NCBI GenBank assembly: GCA_963779755.1
Contig: CAVZZO010000003.1
Coordinates: 896,001 to 960,000, forward strand
From: an uncultured Gemmatimonadales bacterium
GTDB lineage: Bacteria; Gemmatimonadota; Gemmatimonadetes; Gemmatimonadales; GWC2-71-9
Direction: 5' to 3'
DNA length: 64,000 bases
Shown: positions 9,557 to 21,083 of the stretch, one piece after another
Layout of the letters: the number at the start of each line of letters is the position of its first letter
Numbering within the stretch: the stretch's first letter is position 1
Notes under the pieces: generated by a model
Told to the model about the DNA's origin: nothing
Database searches by the model: none
Seen by the model: only the letters and a program-made list of their open reading frames with translations
Program-made: the position numbers and the translations under genes

Positions 9557-10873
9557 TCAGCCCGAACGTTCCAGCCTCCGGATCAGCCGCTCCGCCTTCC
9601 GGCGCACCCGCTGCCGGTCTTCCGGGACCGGCAGGGCGGTCGCGGTTTCCCGCAGCACCAGGGTCGCGTGACGCAGCAAGACCGTGTGAACATCTTTCCG
9701 GCGGCTGCAGCGGGCGATCCGCTCCAGCGTGCGGAGAATCCGGAGCAACACCTCGGCGTTGGACCGTCCGTACTGCCGGATCAGGTTGAAAGCGGTATCG
9801 GCCAGGCTGCGGAATCCGACGGGGCGGGCGATGACCCGGAGTGTCGCCTCCCGGTCGTAGCGGAAGCGCGAGGGCGGGTTCCGCTCCGCCACGCCGCACA
9901 ACGCCGCGCCGATCCGGTCCAGGCAGGCCATAGCGGTGAACGGATCGTTGAGCGACGGCGAGAGCGCGCGAACGGCGATTTCCACGATCTGGCGCAGCGC
10001 GGCGTCGGCATCGTGCAACGGCGTTCGGGTGTCGCCGAGAAAGAAGAGCGAGGCCACTTTCCGGCATTCCTCCCGGCTCAGACCCTTGCCGTAGACTCTC
10101 GCCAGCGGCTCGCCTTCCAGGACAAAGTGCCCGGGCGAGCGGCGCACTTCGATCACCACGTCTTTCTCGCGGGCCAGGCGCAGCAGAGCGTCGCCGTCCA
10201 GGGCCTGCACGTAGCCGGCGCGGTCCGCGGGGATCCGGGTCGCCGCACGGCCCAACGTGAAGCGCTGCGGCGGCGGGCCGGCGCTGCGCTCGCGGCCGAT
10301 CGTGCTGGGGAAGAGCGGATCGAGGGCGGAGCGGGCATCGCGGCTGGCGGTGGCGACGATGTTCTCCACCTGGATCAGCTCCGCCACGTGGTGAAGGAAG
10401 TAAATGAGCACCGCCAGGCTCAGCATCGCGAGCACGGCGCCGCCGGTGACGGAGATATTGGGTACGAACTGCGCGCCCGGCGGGCCGCGCACCGCCCGCA
10501 GCACGATGACGCAGTAGAGAAAGGTCGCGATGAAGGTCCCCAGCACGAACTGGTTGCCGGTGTCGCGCAGATAGTTCTTGATAATGCGGGGACCGAACTG
10601 GCTGGACGCGAGCGAGAGTACGACGATGGTCATGGAGAAGGTGACCCCGCCGACGGTCACCATCGAGCTGGCCACGGTGGAAAGCAGCGACCGGGCGCCC
10701 TCGGCCGAGCCGCCGTAGAGCCAGGTAATGGTCCCGTCGGCGCCCAGTGACACCCGGTGGTCCAGCTCCAGCATGATGATGGCGAGCACGATCGCCGCCG
10801 CCGCCATGATGCTGGGGACGAACCAGTAGCTGGAGCGGACCCGCTCCCAGAGGAGCTGCAGCTTGCCGCTCAC
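9557..10873 (-). CDS. DUF2254-family membrane protein
   Basis: SYWFVPS, ARSLLST.ASSM, LASSQFGPR, EIAVRALSPSLNDPFTA motifs. Confidence 0.85.
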   Translation of the reverse strand: MSGKLQLLWERVRSSYWFVPSIMAAAAIVLAIIMLELDHRVSLGADGTITWLYGGSAEGARSLLSTVASSMVTVGGVTFSMTIVVLSLASSQFGPRIIKNYLRDTGNQFVLGTFIATFLYCVIVLRAVRGPPGAQFVPNISVTGGAVLAMLSLAVLIYFLHHVAELIQVENIVATASRDARSALDPLFPSTIGRERSAGPPPQRFTLGRAATRIPADRAGYVQALDGDALLRLAREKDVVIEVRRSPGHFVLEGEPLARVYGKGLSREECRKVASLFFLGDTRTPLHDADAALRQIVEIAVRALSPSLNDPFTAMACLDRIGAALCGVAERNPPSRFRYDREATLRVIARPVGFRSLADTAFNLIRQYGRSNAEVLLRILRTLERIARCSRRKDVHTVLLRHATLVLRETATALPVPEDRQRVRRKAERLIRRLERSG

Positions 10874-10895
10874 GGCGCCCGCCGCTCCTCGCCCC

Positions 10896-12539
10896 TCAGG
10901 CCCCCCGCTCGATCAGCACCTGGTAGGCGGGCAGGGTAAGGAAATCGGTGAACTCCCGCCGGGTGACCAGGTCGTCGAAGATCCGGGTCGCGGTGGGGAA
11001 TTCTCCCCGGGCGTACGCCTCCTGGCCCACCAGCTCGCGAATGCGCTCCAGTTCCTCCTCGACCGTCTTCCGGTACAGCGCCGCCGTGACCGTGCGGCCG
11101 TCGGCCAGGGTGGCGCCATGGCGCACCCACTGCCAGAGCTGCGACCGGGAGATCTCCGCCGTGGCGGCGTCCTCCATCAGGTGGTAGATGGGCACGCAGC
11201 CGATACCCCGCAACCAGGCCTCGAGATACAGCAGCCCCACATTGATGTTGTGGCGCAGCCCCTTTTCGGTAATCTCGCCCTCGGGCACCGTCAGCAGGTC
11301 CGCCGCCGTCACCGTCACATCGTCGCGCTGCCGGTCGATCTGGTTGGGACCCGGCATGCCGGCATCGAAGATCGCCTTCGCGATGGGCACCAGGCCGGGG
11401 TGGGCCACCCAGGTGCCGTCGTGGCCGTCGCCCACCTCCCGGCGCTTGTCCACCTCCACCTTGTCGATGGCCGCGCGGTTGGCCGCGTCGTCGCCCTTGA
11501 TGGGAATCTGGGCCGCCATCCCGCCCATGGCATGCGCGCCGCGGCGATGGCAGGTCTGGATCACCAGCAGGGTGTAGGAGTGGAGAAAGTGGCGATCCAT
11601 ACCCACCGTCCCGCGGTCGGGCAGCAGGCACGCGGGATCGGCCCGGAATTTCTTGATGAAACTGAAGATGTAGTCCCAGCGGCCGCAATTGAGCCCGCTG
11701 CTGTGCTCGCGCAGCTCGTAGAGAATCTCGTGCAACTCGAAGGTGGCCAGGATGGTTTCGATCAGCACCGTCGCCCGGATCGAGCCCCGCGGCACGCCGG
11801 CCGCGTCCTGCGCGGCCAGGAAGACGTCGTTCCACAGCCGGGCCTCGAGATGACTCTCCAGCTTGGGCAGGTAGAAGTAGGGGCCCGATCCGCGCCGGAG
11901 CAGCTCCCGGGCGTTGTGGAAGAAGTAGAGCCCGAAATCGAAGAGACTGCCCGACATCGGCTCGCCGTCGATCAGCACGTGCGCTTCGGGCAGATGCCAG
12001 CCCCGCGGCCGCGCCAGCAGGGTTGCCACCTTCTCCCTGAGCCGGTATTCCTTCCCCTCGGGCGAGCGATAGTCGATGCGCCGGCGGATGGCATCGCGCA
12101 GATTGAGCTGCCCCTGTACCAGGTTGGCCCAGGTGGGCGTATTGGCGTCTTCGAAATCGGCCATGAAGACGTTGGCCCCGGAGTTGAGCGCATTGATGAC
12201 CATCTTGCGGTCGACCGGCCCGGTGATCTCCACCCGGCGGTCCCGCAGATCGGCGGGCGGCGGCGCCACCTGCCAGTCACCTTCACGAATACTGCGGGTT
12301 TCCGGCAGGAAGTCCGGCCGCCAACCCTGGTCCAGACGCGCCTGCACCTCGCCCCGCCGGGCCAGCAGCTGGCGGCGCGTACCGTCGAAACGGCGGTGCA
12401 GCATCGCCAGAAACTCCAGTGCTTCCGGCGTCAGGATTTCCTCAAAGCCCGGGAGCATCGGGCCGCGCAGCTCCATCCCTTCGGGCACTCGCACTCCCTC
12501 CGGGGAGGGAGCGCTCTGGCGATTCGTCGGGGCAGCCAT
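10896..12539 (-). CDS. aceB: Malate synthase A
   Basis: [71 protein letters not shown] before ATG 12539. Confidence 0.95.
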   Translation of the reverse strand: MAAPTNRQSAPSPEGVRVPEGMELRGPMLPGFEEILTPEALEFLAMLHRRFDGTRRQLLARRGEVQARLDQGWRPDFLPETRSIREGDWQVAPPPADLRDRRVEITGPVDRKMVINALNSGANVFMADFEDANTPTWANLVQGQLNLRDAIRRRIDYRSPEGKEYRLREKVATLLARPRGWHLPEAHVLIDGEPMSGSLFDFGLYFFHNARELLRRGSGPYFYLPKLESHLEARLWNDVFLAAQDAAGVPRGSIRATVLIETILATFELHEILYELREHSSGLNCGRWDYIFSFIKKFRADPACLLPDRGTVGMDRHFLHSYTLLVIQTCHRRGAHAMGGMAAQIPIKGDDAANRAAIDKVEVDKRREVGDGHDGTWVAHPGLVPIAKAIFDAGMPGPNQIDRQRDDVTVTAADLLTVPEGEITEKGLRHNINVGLLYLEAWLRGIGCVPIYHLMEDAATAEISRSQLWQWVRHGATLADGRTVTAALYRKTVEEELERIRELVGQEAYARGEFPTATRIFDDLVTRREFTDFLTLPAYQVLIERGA

Positions 12540-12582
12540 ACCATCTCCTTCCGGTACACGGAACACAGCACAGATTCTCCGT

Positions 12583-12590
12583 AGTATAGT
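12583..12590. promoter_or_regulatory. Overlapping divergent -10-like hexamers between aceB and ybhB-cydAB
   Basis: AGTATAGT gives TATACT on the minus strand (12583-12588) and TATAGT on the plus strand (12585-12590). Confidence 0.4.
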
Positions 12591-12641
12591 TCCCCCCGCC
12601 GCGGCCCGCGCCAGTGGCCACCCCGTCCCCGAGGTTCCGGC

Positions 12642-13109
12642 ATGTCCCTGACCGTCACCAGCCCGGCGTTCGCCGACGGGTCCGCCATTCCGCCCGGCTT
12701 CACCTGCGACGGCGAGAACCACTCTCCGCCGCTCGCCTGGACCGGCATACCGGACCATACCGGCGCGCTGGCCCTGGTCTGCACCGATCCCGACGCCCCC
12801 GGCAAGACCTGGGTTCACTGGCTGGCGTGGAACATTCCCCCCGGCAGCCCCGGCCTGCCGGCCAACGTTCCCCAGAGAGCAACCCTGGAAAGCGGTGGCC
12901 GCCAGGGCCGCAACGACAGCGGGCACCACGGCTATGACGGCCCTTGCCCCCCGAAGGGCGGCCCCCACCGGTACTATTTCAGCATCTTCGCGCTGGATGA
13001 GCCCCTCCCGCTCCAGCCCGGCGCGTCCCGGCCCGAGCTGGAAGCCGCCATGGACGGGCACGTTCTCGCCACCGGCCGGCTGATGGGCACCTATCAGCGG
13101 CACTCGTAA
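12642..13109 (+). CDS. YbhB/YbcL family PEBP (Raf kinase inhibitor-like) protein
   Basis: TCDGEN.SPPLAW, DPDAP, WVHW, GY.GPCPP, HRYYF. Confidence 0.92.
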   Translation: MSLTVTSPAFADGSAIPPGFTCDGENHSPPLAWTGIPDHTGALALVCTDPDAPGKTWVHWLAWNIPPGSPGLPANVPQRATLESGGRQGRNDSGHHGYDGPCPPKGGPHRYYFSIFALDEPLPLQPGASRPELEAAMDGHVLATGRLMGTYQRHS

Positions 13110-13144
13110 GCCGTGCTGCCCACTCTGCCTCTGCCCACTCGGTA

Positions 13145-14461
13145 ATGCCCGATCTCCTTGCCGCCCGCTCGCAGATGGCCATCTCGCTGGCCTTTCACAT
13201 CATCTTCGCGGTGATCGGGATCGGCCTGCCGGCGCTCATGGTGATCGCCGAGTGGCGCTGGCTCCGCACCGGCGACGACGTCTACCTCGACCTCGCCAAA
13301 CGCTGGGCCAAGGGGGCAGCCATTCTCTTTGCGGTCGGTGCGGTCTCCGGCACCGTGCTGTCGTTCGAGCTGGGACTCCTCTGGCCTTCCTTCATGCGCT
13401 TCGCCGGTCCCGTCATCGGCATGCCATTCTCGCTGGAAGGCTTCGCCTTCTTCACCGAGGCGATCTTCCTGGGGATCTATCTGTACGGGTGGAAACGGGT
13501 CTCGCCCCGGATGCACCTGCTGGCGGGCGTGCTCATCGCGGTGAGCGGAGCCCTCTCCGGCATCTTCGTGGTTATCGCCAACGCCTGGATGAACGCGCCG
13601 GCGGGGTTCCGCCTGGTGGCCGGCCGGATGGTCGACGTCGATCCGATCGCCGGCATGTTCAACCCCGCCTGGTTTCAGCAGACCCTGCACATGACCCTGG
13701 CAGCCTATGCCGCCACCGGACTCGGCGCCGCGGGCATTCACGCCCTGGTGCTCCGCCGCCGGCCCGGCAGCCTCTTCCACCGCCGCGCGCTGGTGGTCGC
13801 GCTGCTGGTGGGCGGCCCCGCCGCCGTGCTGCAGCCGCTCTCGGGCGATCTGAGCGCGCGGCATGTCGCCCGGGAGCAGCCGGCCAAGCTGGCGGCGATG
13901 GAAGCGCATTTCCGGACCGAAGCGCCGGCCCCGCTCATCATCGGGGGCTGGGCGGACATTGACGCCCGCACCACGCGCTGGGCCGTCCGGATCCCCGCCG
14001 GGCTCTCCTTCCTGGTGCACCACGACTTCCATTCCGAAGTCACCGGGCTGGACCGGATTCCCAGGGATGAATGGCCGCCGGTGCCTTGGGTGCACCTGGC
14101 GTTCGATCTCATGGTGGGGCTGGGAGTCTACATGGCGGGGATCTCGCTGGTGGCCGGCTGGTATCTCCTGCGCCGCCGGGAACTGAGCGGCCACCGCTGG
14201 TTGCTGGGCGCGCTGGCGGTGGCCGGGCCGATGGGCTTCCTGGCGGTGGAGGCGGGATGGACGGTGACCGAAGTGGGACGCCAGCCCTGGGTCATCCAGG
14301 GCGTCCTGCGGACGGCCGACGCGGTCACGCCCATGCCGGGACTGATCGTGCCCTTCACCACCTTCACCCTGCTCTACTGCTTCCTGGGGATCATCGTGGT
14401 CTGGCTGCTCTTCCGCCAGATCCGGGAGAGCCCGGGCGCCGGGGAGGAAGGACATGGCTGA
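13145..14461 (+). CDS. cydA: Cytochrome bd ubiquinol oxidase subunit I (short Q-loop)
   Basis: [40 protein letters not shown]. Confidence 0.95.
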   Translation: MPDLLAARSQMAISLAFHIIFAVIGIGLPALMVIAEWRWLRTGDDVYLDLAKRWAKGAAILFAVGAVSGTVLSFELGLLWPSFMRFAGPVIGMPFSLEGFAFFTEAIFLGIYLYGWKRVSPRMHLLAGVLIAVSGALSGIFVVIANAWMNAPAGFRLVAGRMVDVDPIAGMFNPAWFQQTLHMTLAAYAATGLGAAGIHALVLRRRPGSLFHRRALVVALLVGGPAAVLQPLSGDLSARHVAREQPAKLAAMEAHFRTEAPAPLIIGGWADIDARTTRWAVRIPAGLSFLVHHDFHSEVTGLDRIPRDEWPPVPWVHLAFDLMVGLGVYMAGISLVAGWYLLRRRELSGHRWLLGALAVAGPMGFLAVEAGWTVTEVGRQPWVIQGVLRTADAVTPMPGLIVPFTTFTLLYCFLGIIVVWLLFRQIRESPGAGEEGHG

Positions 14462-15479
14462 CTTCGGCCTGGCGGACCTGCTGGCGGGCATCCTGCTGCT
14501 GGCGCTTACCGCCTATGCCCTGCTGGCGGGGGCCGACTTCGGCGGGGGCGTCTGGGACCTGCTCGCCACCGGGCCGCGGCGCGCGAAGCAGCGCGAGGTG
14601 GTGGCCCACGCCATCGGGCCCATCTGGGAGGCCAATCACGTCTGGCTCATCCTGGCCGTCGTGCTGCTCTTTACCTGCTTCCCGCCGGCCTTCGCCACGC
14701 TCGCCATCCGGCTGCACATTCCCCTCACGCTGGTCCTGATCGGAATTGTGCTGCGCGGCTCGGCCTTCGTCTTCCGCACCTACGACACCCCCGACAACCC
14801 GCGCCAGCGCGCCTGGGGGCGGGTCTTCGCCGTCGCCAGCCTCATCACCCCGGCCGTGCTCGGCGCCTGTATCGGCGCCATCGCCTCGGGCGCCCTGGGT
14901 AGCGGCGGCGGCGGCAGCTTCACCGCCACGTACCTCGCGCCCTGGCTGGGGCCCTTTCCCCTGGCGGTCGGGGCGCTGGCCCTGGGGCTCTTCGCCTTTC
15001 TGGCGGCGACCTACCTGACGCTGGAAACCACCGACCCGGCCCTGCGGGAAGACTTCCGGTTGCGCGCCCTGCTGACCGGCGGGTTCGTCTTCTTCGCGGC
15101 CTGGATGGCGCTGCTGCTCTCACCCAGCGAGGCGCCGCGCATGCAGCGGCTGCTGACGGAGCCGCGCGCGCTGGTGCTCCACGGCATCACCGCCGCCGCC
15201 GCCCTCACTGCCCTGGCGGCGCTCTGGCGGCGCCGCTGGAAACTCGCGCGCCTCGCCGCGGCGCTGCAGGTCGCCTGCATTCTCTGGGGCTGGGGCCTGG
15301 CCCAGTATCCCTATATCCTGCCGCACCGGCTGACCATCGACCAGGCCGCGTCGCCTGCCACCACCCTCCGGCTGGTGCTGATCGGCCTGGGGGGCGGGAC
15401 CCTCATCCTGGCGCCGTCGTTGTGGTATCTGTTCCGGGTGTTCAAGGGCGAGCGGAGCGCCTTCGAGGAGATGGGGTAA
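14454..15479 (+). CDS. cydB: Cytochrome bd ubiquinol oxidase subunit II
   Basis: GADFGGG, IGPIWEANHVWL, LRG.AF.FR; overlaps cydA. Confidence 0.95.
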   Translation: MADFGLADLLAGILLLALTAYALLAGADFGGGVWDLLATGPRRAKQREVVAHAIGPIWEANHVWLILAVVLLFTCFPPAFATLAIRLHIPLTLVLIGIVLRGSAFVFRTYDTPDNPRQRAWGRVFAVASLITPAVLGACIGAIASGALGSGGGGSFTATYLAPWLGPFPLAVGALALGLFAFLAATYLTLETTDPALREDFRLRALLTGGFVFFAAWMALLLSPSEAPRMQRLLTEPRALVLHGITAAAALTALAALWRRRWKLARLAAALQVACILWGWGLAQYPYILPHRLTIDQAASPATTLRLVLIGLGGGTLILAPSLWYLFRVFKGERSAFEEMG

Positions 15480-15483
15480 AACC

Positions 15484-15563
15484 TGGAAAGGGAAAAGGGA
15501 AAAGGGAGGGAGGGGAAAGGGGGAAAGCGGCGTGCCTTTCCCGTTTCCCGGTTCCCCGTTTCC
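15484..15563. repeat. Inverted heptamer array (GGAAAAG-like)n ... (GTTTCCC-like)n between convergent genes
   Basis: G/A-only arm after the cydB stop; CTTTCCC GTTTCCC GGTTCCC CGTTTCC arm. Confidence 0.8.
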
Positions 15564-15585
15564 GCTGTCTGTCGTCGGCCCCCAT

Positions 15586-17172
<1,587 letters not shown>

Positions 17173-17192
17173 GACGATCCTGGAGAGAAGGA

Positions 17193-18269
17193 TTAGTTGG
17201 CCGGCGTGTGCTTCCGCAGAATGTCCTGCAATACGACCCGGTCAATCAGACCGTCCATCCGCACCCGTACGTCGTAGTTCTCCCAGTACATGAAATCGCG
17301 CAGGGCCTCGAGAAAGGTCCGGTTCGCCGCCCCCTGGGGAGCGGCAAGCCATTTCTTCGTCTGGCCGGCCGGTTCGCGCAGCAGAATCGGCTCCAGCTGC
17401 CCCACGATGCGGGGCGTGATGGGCACCAGGTCGGCCGGGTCGCTGGCGAAGAAATGCAGCTTGTGCAGCCGCAGCAGGCGGTCCAGTTCCGCGATCGGGT
17501 CGGGGGCGTCGTAGACCCGGATGTCGATGTAGCGGTCGTTGGCGCCCAGATAGCCGCCGTGCGCGCGCACCACCAGCAGCGCGGCCGACTCCATCCCCCG
17601 CTTGTCGCCCCCGCCCGCCTGACCCGCCTTGAGCGCCGCCAGCAGGCGGTCGGCCAGCGGCCCGCTGGAGGTGACGAACGAACGGGCCATGTTCTTCACC
17701 GTCTGGTCCGACACCATGATGTTGGCCTGGGCGGCGAAGCCGTGGCCTACGATCACCTCGCCCTTGCCGCCCAGAATGGTGCAGAGCCCGGGCCCCACGG
17801 AATCCACCCGGCCGCCGCTGCCGCCGGCGCAACCGACCCGGCCGCCGGCCCAATCGAAGGTGGAGGTACCGGTGAAGCTGGCCGAGTTCCCCTGCGCGTC
17901 CACCATGCCGACCTGGCGATCCTGCGGCATGGTATCGCCACGCGTGACGATGCGGAGCGCCTCGGCGGCGCTGGCGCCCAGCGCCATCAGCCGCAGCCCC
18001 TCGTCGCCATAGGCGGTGTTGGCCAGGCTCTGGGTCGCCACGGCGCCGACCCCGGCCCGCGCCCAGGGGACGATGCCGCCGACATTGGGAAATTTCGACT
18101 GCACCGCGATGCCCAGATCGCCGGTGACGGAGTCCCAGGCAACGATGCTGTAGGTATGGGCGAGCTTGTGTCCGTGCGCGGGCGGCATGATCGGCTGCTG
18201 GGCGGCGAGCGGGCCGGCCAGAAGCCCGCCGGCCGCGAGCGCGACACGCCAGCCTCGGGCCTGCCTCAC
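17193..18269 (-). CDS. Exported DUF1028-family (Ntn-hydrolase-like) protein
   Basis: Signal peptide; TYSIVA.D..TGDLG.AVQS, VGAVATQS, AGGGDKRG..SAAL, DIRV.D..DPI.EL.RL. Confidence 0.85.
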   Translation of the reverse strand: MRQARGWRVALAAGGLLAGPLAAQQPIMPPAHGHKLAHTYSIVAWDSVTGDLGIAVQSKFPNVGGIVPWARAGVGAVATQSLANTAYGDEGLRLMALGASAAEALRIVTRGDTMPQDRQVGMVDAQGNSASFTGTSTFDWAGGRVGCAGGSGGRVDSVGPGLCTILGGKGEVIVGHGFAAQANIMVSDQTVKNMARSFVTSSGPLADRLLAALKAGQAGGGDKRGMESAALLVVRAHGGYLGANDRYIDIRVYDAPDPIAELDRLLRLHKLHFFASDPADLVPITPRIVGQLEPILLREPAGQTKKWLAAPQGAANRTFLEALRDFMYWENYDVRVRMDGLIDRVVLQDILRKHTPAN

Positions 18270-18826
18270 GGGCGCTCCTTGCCCAGTTTGCGCTTGAGGT
18301 GCGCCAGCTGCGCCTCGGCCGCGGCCTCGCGGGCCGCGCGGTCCAGGTCCGAACGCAGCAGCTCCGACTCCAGGTCGGTGTCGGGGCGCTGGCCCCCGGC
18401 CGCCTCGATGTCCCGCCAGGCCGCCTGCGCCGCGCCGGAGGGCGCCTGCCGGGCGGAGCGCAGCTGGGCCATCATCTCCTGCAACTCGCGATCCGCCAGC
18501 GCCAGCTCCTCGCGCTGCACCACCAGTTTGCGCTCGAGCACCTGCGCGCGGTCGCGGTGCCTGGCCGCGAACCGTCCGGCCACCTCGGCCGTCTCCGTGT
18601 CCTGAATGCCGGCGGCCAGCCTGCCGCGCCGTTCCGCGTTGTCCTGCTGCCGGCGCTCGGCGGCCAGCTCGCGTTCGGTGCGGGTGAGGGCGTCGCGCAT
18701 CTGCCCCAGCGCGACCTTGGCGTCGACCACGGCGTCCTGCATGCGGGCGGCGACTTCCCGCGCATCGGGTGCGCCGGTATGCTGCGCCAGAAACTGCTCC
18801 AGACGCGCCCGCAGCTGATCGAACAC
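18266..18826 (-). CDS. PspA/IM30-like coiled-coil protein
   Basis: All-helical, E/R/A-rich; N-terminal amphipathic MFDQLRARLE; C-terminal EAQLAHLKRKLG. Confidence 0.6.
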   Translation of the reverse strand: MFDQLRARLEQFLAQHTGAPDAREVAARMQDAVVDAKVALGQMRDALTRTERELAAERRQQDNAERRGRLAAGIQDTETAEVAGRFAARHRDRAQVLERKLVVQREELALADRELQEMMAQLRSARQAPSGAAQAAWRDIEAAGGQRPDTDLESELLRSDLDRAAREAAAEAQLAHLKRKLGKERP

Positions 18827-18827
18827 G

Positions 18828-18995
18828 CTAGGATTTCCGGCCGGTTTTCGCGTAGAAGGTGCTCAGCGTCCGCTGCACCCGGGTCGAGCCGCACTTGGGG
18901 CACTCGACCTTGCCGTGCTTCCCGTGTTTCGACACGGATTCGACGCGGGTGAAGTTCCGGCCGCAGGCGGCGCAATGGTACTCGTACGTCGGCAT
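18828..18995 (-). CDS. FmdB-family zinc-ribbon protein (55 aa, not in ORF track)
   Basis: Manual translation MPTYEYHCAACGRNFTRVESVSKHGKHGKVECPKCGSTRVQRTLSTFYAKTGRKS*; MPxYEYxCxxC...CPxCG. Confidence 0.9.
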   Translation of the reverse strand: MPTYEYHCAACGRNFTRVESVSKHGKHGKVECPKCGSTRVQRTLSTFYAKTGRKS

Positions 18996-19156
18996 AGCAG
19001 GAGAACCGTTTGGACGGTTGGGAATGGCCGGGAGACGGGTCTACCAACTCTACCGGGGACGGCCAACAGCGTCAAGCGACCGCCGGTCTCGGGCCGCCCC
19101 GGCATACTGATTATGTTACAACGGGTTACGCCACCGAAAGGCCGGGAGGAATACCC

Positions 19157-19636
19157 ATGCGTATCGCACTCGCCGCCGTTCTGGGAATCGGGCTCGTCGC
19201 CTGCGGCAAATCCGGGGGGGCGCCCTCCTGCTCCATCACCTACATGGCGGGGCAGACCATGCTGCTGGGAGAGTTCGGCGTTCCCAATCAGACCCTGGAC
19301 CAGCCGCCGCCGGAACTCCCCAGCCGCATCGCCGTGCGCATGGCCGCCGGGCCGGCCATCCCCGGAATCGTGGGGCGGACGGACAGCGGCGTGGTCATCG
19401 GTGTGGATACCGCGCTGCCGGCCAACACGCATCCGACGTTCGGGGTCCTGGTAGCGGACAAGCGCGGCCGCGCCCGGGGGGTCATGCTTTACGAGGGGTC
19501 GATCGTCCAGAACGCGCCGGTGGTGGGCGAGATCAACGTGGCCGGAACCAATCTGCCCCTGATTGCCATTGCCGTCGATCCCGCCAAAGTCGAAGATCCG
19601 CGCTGCCCGCTCTTCCCCGACAGCCTGACCCGGTGA
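19157..19636 (+). CDS. Hypothetical lipoprotein
   Basis: GGAGG RBS; MRIALAAVLGIGLVAC lipobox; two further Cys; GTGA overlap with next gene. Confidence 0.75.
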   Translation: MRIALAAVLGIGLVACGKSGGAPSCSITYMAGQTMLLGEFGVPNQTLDQPPPELPSRIAVRMAAGPAIPGIVGRTDSGVVIGVDTALPANTHPTFGVLVADKRGRARGVMLYEGSIVQNAPVVGEINVAGTNLPLIAIAVDPAKVEDPRCPLFPDSLTR

Positions 19637-20370
19637 CCGCCCCGCGGATCCTGGTGGCCGGCTTCGCCCGCCCGCTGCAGGGACGCGAGCGGGCCGGCAC
19701 CGACGCCTCCTATGCGCGAGCGCTGGCGCGCGCCGGCGCCCTGCCGCTGATCGTGGCGCCGGTCACCGCTCCGGCCCGGGCGGCGGAGGTGCTCCCGCTG
19801 GTCGACGGCCTGCTGCTCACCGGCGGCGACGACCTCGACCCGGCCCGCTACGGCGCTGTGCCCTCCCCGGCACTCGAGCCGGTCGACCGGGCGCGCGATG
19901 CGCTCGATTATGCCCTCTTCCAGGCCGCATGGGACCGGCGGCTCCCCGTGCTGGCTATCTGCCGGGGGCTGCAGGTGGTCAATGTGGCGCTGGGCGGCAC
20001 GTTGTGGCAGGACCTTCCCAGCGAGCGGGGGGGCCGGGTCAAGCACAACCAGGGCGAGCCGCGGGCCGAGCGGTCGCACCCGGTCACCATCCTCCCGGCG
20101 AGCCGCCTGGCGAGCATCACCGGCACCACGGCGCTGACGGTCAATTCCTTCCACCACCAGGCGGTCCGCGAACTGGCGCCGGGGCTGCGGGTCACCGCCA
20201 GCGCCGGCGACGGCGTGGTAGAGGGACTGGAAAGCGAGGATCCCGGCCGCTGGCTGGTGGCGGTCCAGTGGCACCCGGAGGAATATCATGCCGACCCCGA
20301 GTCGCCCGACCAGCGGCTGTTCGCCGCCCTGGTGGAGGCGGCCCGTATGGCCGCAGGAGAACCCGCCTAG
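19633..20370 (+). CDS. Gamma-glutamyl-GABA hydrolase-like class I glutamine amidotransferase (peptidase C26)
   Basis: GLLLTGGDDLDP, ICRGLQ (catalytic Cys), VNSFHHQ, VQWHPE. Confidence 0.9.
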   Translation: MTAPRILVAGFARPLQGRERAGTDASYARALARAGALPLIVAPVTAPARAAEVLPLVDGLLLTGGDDLDPARYGAVPSPALEPVDRARDALDYALFQAAWDRRLPVLAICRGLQVVNVALGGTLWQDLPSERGGRVKHNQGEPRAERSHPVTILPASRLASITGTTALTVNSFHHQAVRELAPGLRVTASAGDGVVEGLESEDPGRWLVAVQWHPEEYHADPESPDQRLFAALVEAARMAAGEPA

Positions 20371-21083
20371 TTGCTGTAGCCGGTCTCGCGGATGATCCGG
20401 TCGGTCGAGCTCACGGCGGGGAACAGCATGCGGTCGCTCAGCTGATTCAGCGCCTGGCGCAGGGAAGGAAAACGCTCGGCGGCGGTACGGTAAATGACCT
20501 CGAGGCCGTACCGGTCGGCCAGGGCGTGATCCGACGCCTGCTCGTACCCCGACCGCCCCAGCTGATCGTAGTACGCCACGTCGGGGCCGCCCTTGCGCAG
20601 GCGGCGGGCGGCGATGTAATCGGGGAAGAGGCCGGCCAGCCAGAGGGCGTAGTTCCCCAGGTGGGCCAGGACCCTGAAACGACGCTCCCCCTCCGTGGCG
20701 GAGAGGTCATGCAGAATGTCGACCAGATATCCGTGGCGCTGATCGTCGTTCCAGTCGATGCGCCAGGCGCGGTCCTTCCGGCCGAACTCGAGCAGCAGCG
20801 CCGCGAAGTAATCGGCCACGTCCGGTTCCGCAAAGCCGGCCCGCAGCAGCGTATGGCGCACCATCACGTAGAAGAAGAGCGGTGCCGATGGCAGCAGGAC
20901 CGAGCGCAGCGCCAGCAAGCGCTCCGGCAGCTCCGGTGCATCCAGCAGCGCATCGGGGCCTTCCGCCGAGAGCCGCCGCTCCAGCTCGGCGCGGGCGCGG
21001 GCGCCCCCGTCGCGGCAGAGCAGCCGGATCACCAGCTCGAGATCGTCGGCCGTCAGGCGTCCACGGGTATCAGCGAGAATCAT
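20367..21083 (-). CDS. Conserved hypothetical helical protein
   Basis: AAGGAGG RBS 7 nt before ATG 21083; protein-like sequence (VADYFA, HLGNYALWLAGLFPD, YY..LGR..Y). Confidence 0.75.
   Translation of the reverse strand: MILADTRGRLTADDLELVIRLLCRDGGARARAELERRLSAEGPDALLDAPELPERLLALRSVLLPSAPLFFYVMVRHTLLRAGFAEPDVADYFAALLLEFGRKDRAWRIDWNDDQRHGYLVDILHDLSATEGERRFRVLAHLGNYALWLAGLFPDYIAARRLRKGGPDVAYYDQLGRSGYEQASDHALADRYGLEVIYRTAAERFPSLRQALNQLSDRMLFPAVSSTDRIIRETGYSN

Noticed and set aside
12540..13103. 188-aa N-terminal extension of malate synthase in the ORF track
   Set aside because: It overlaps the ybhB-like gene on the other strand; a strong RBS supports ATG 12539.
13117..13141. CTGCCCACT direct repeat before cydA
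   Set aside because: Only two copies and no complementary arm; too short to assign to the array family.
19094..19121. dif site (TTATGTTACAA resembles the XerD arm)
   Set aside because: No XerC-like arm at the 6-nt spacing.
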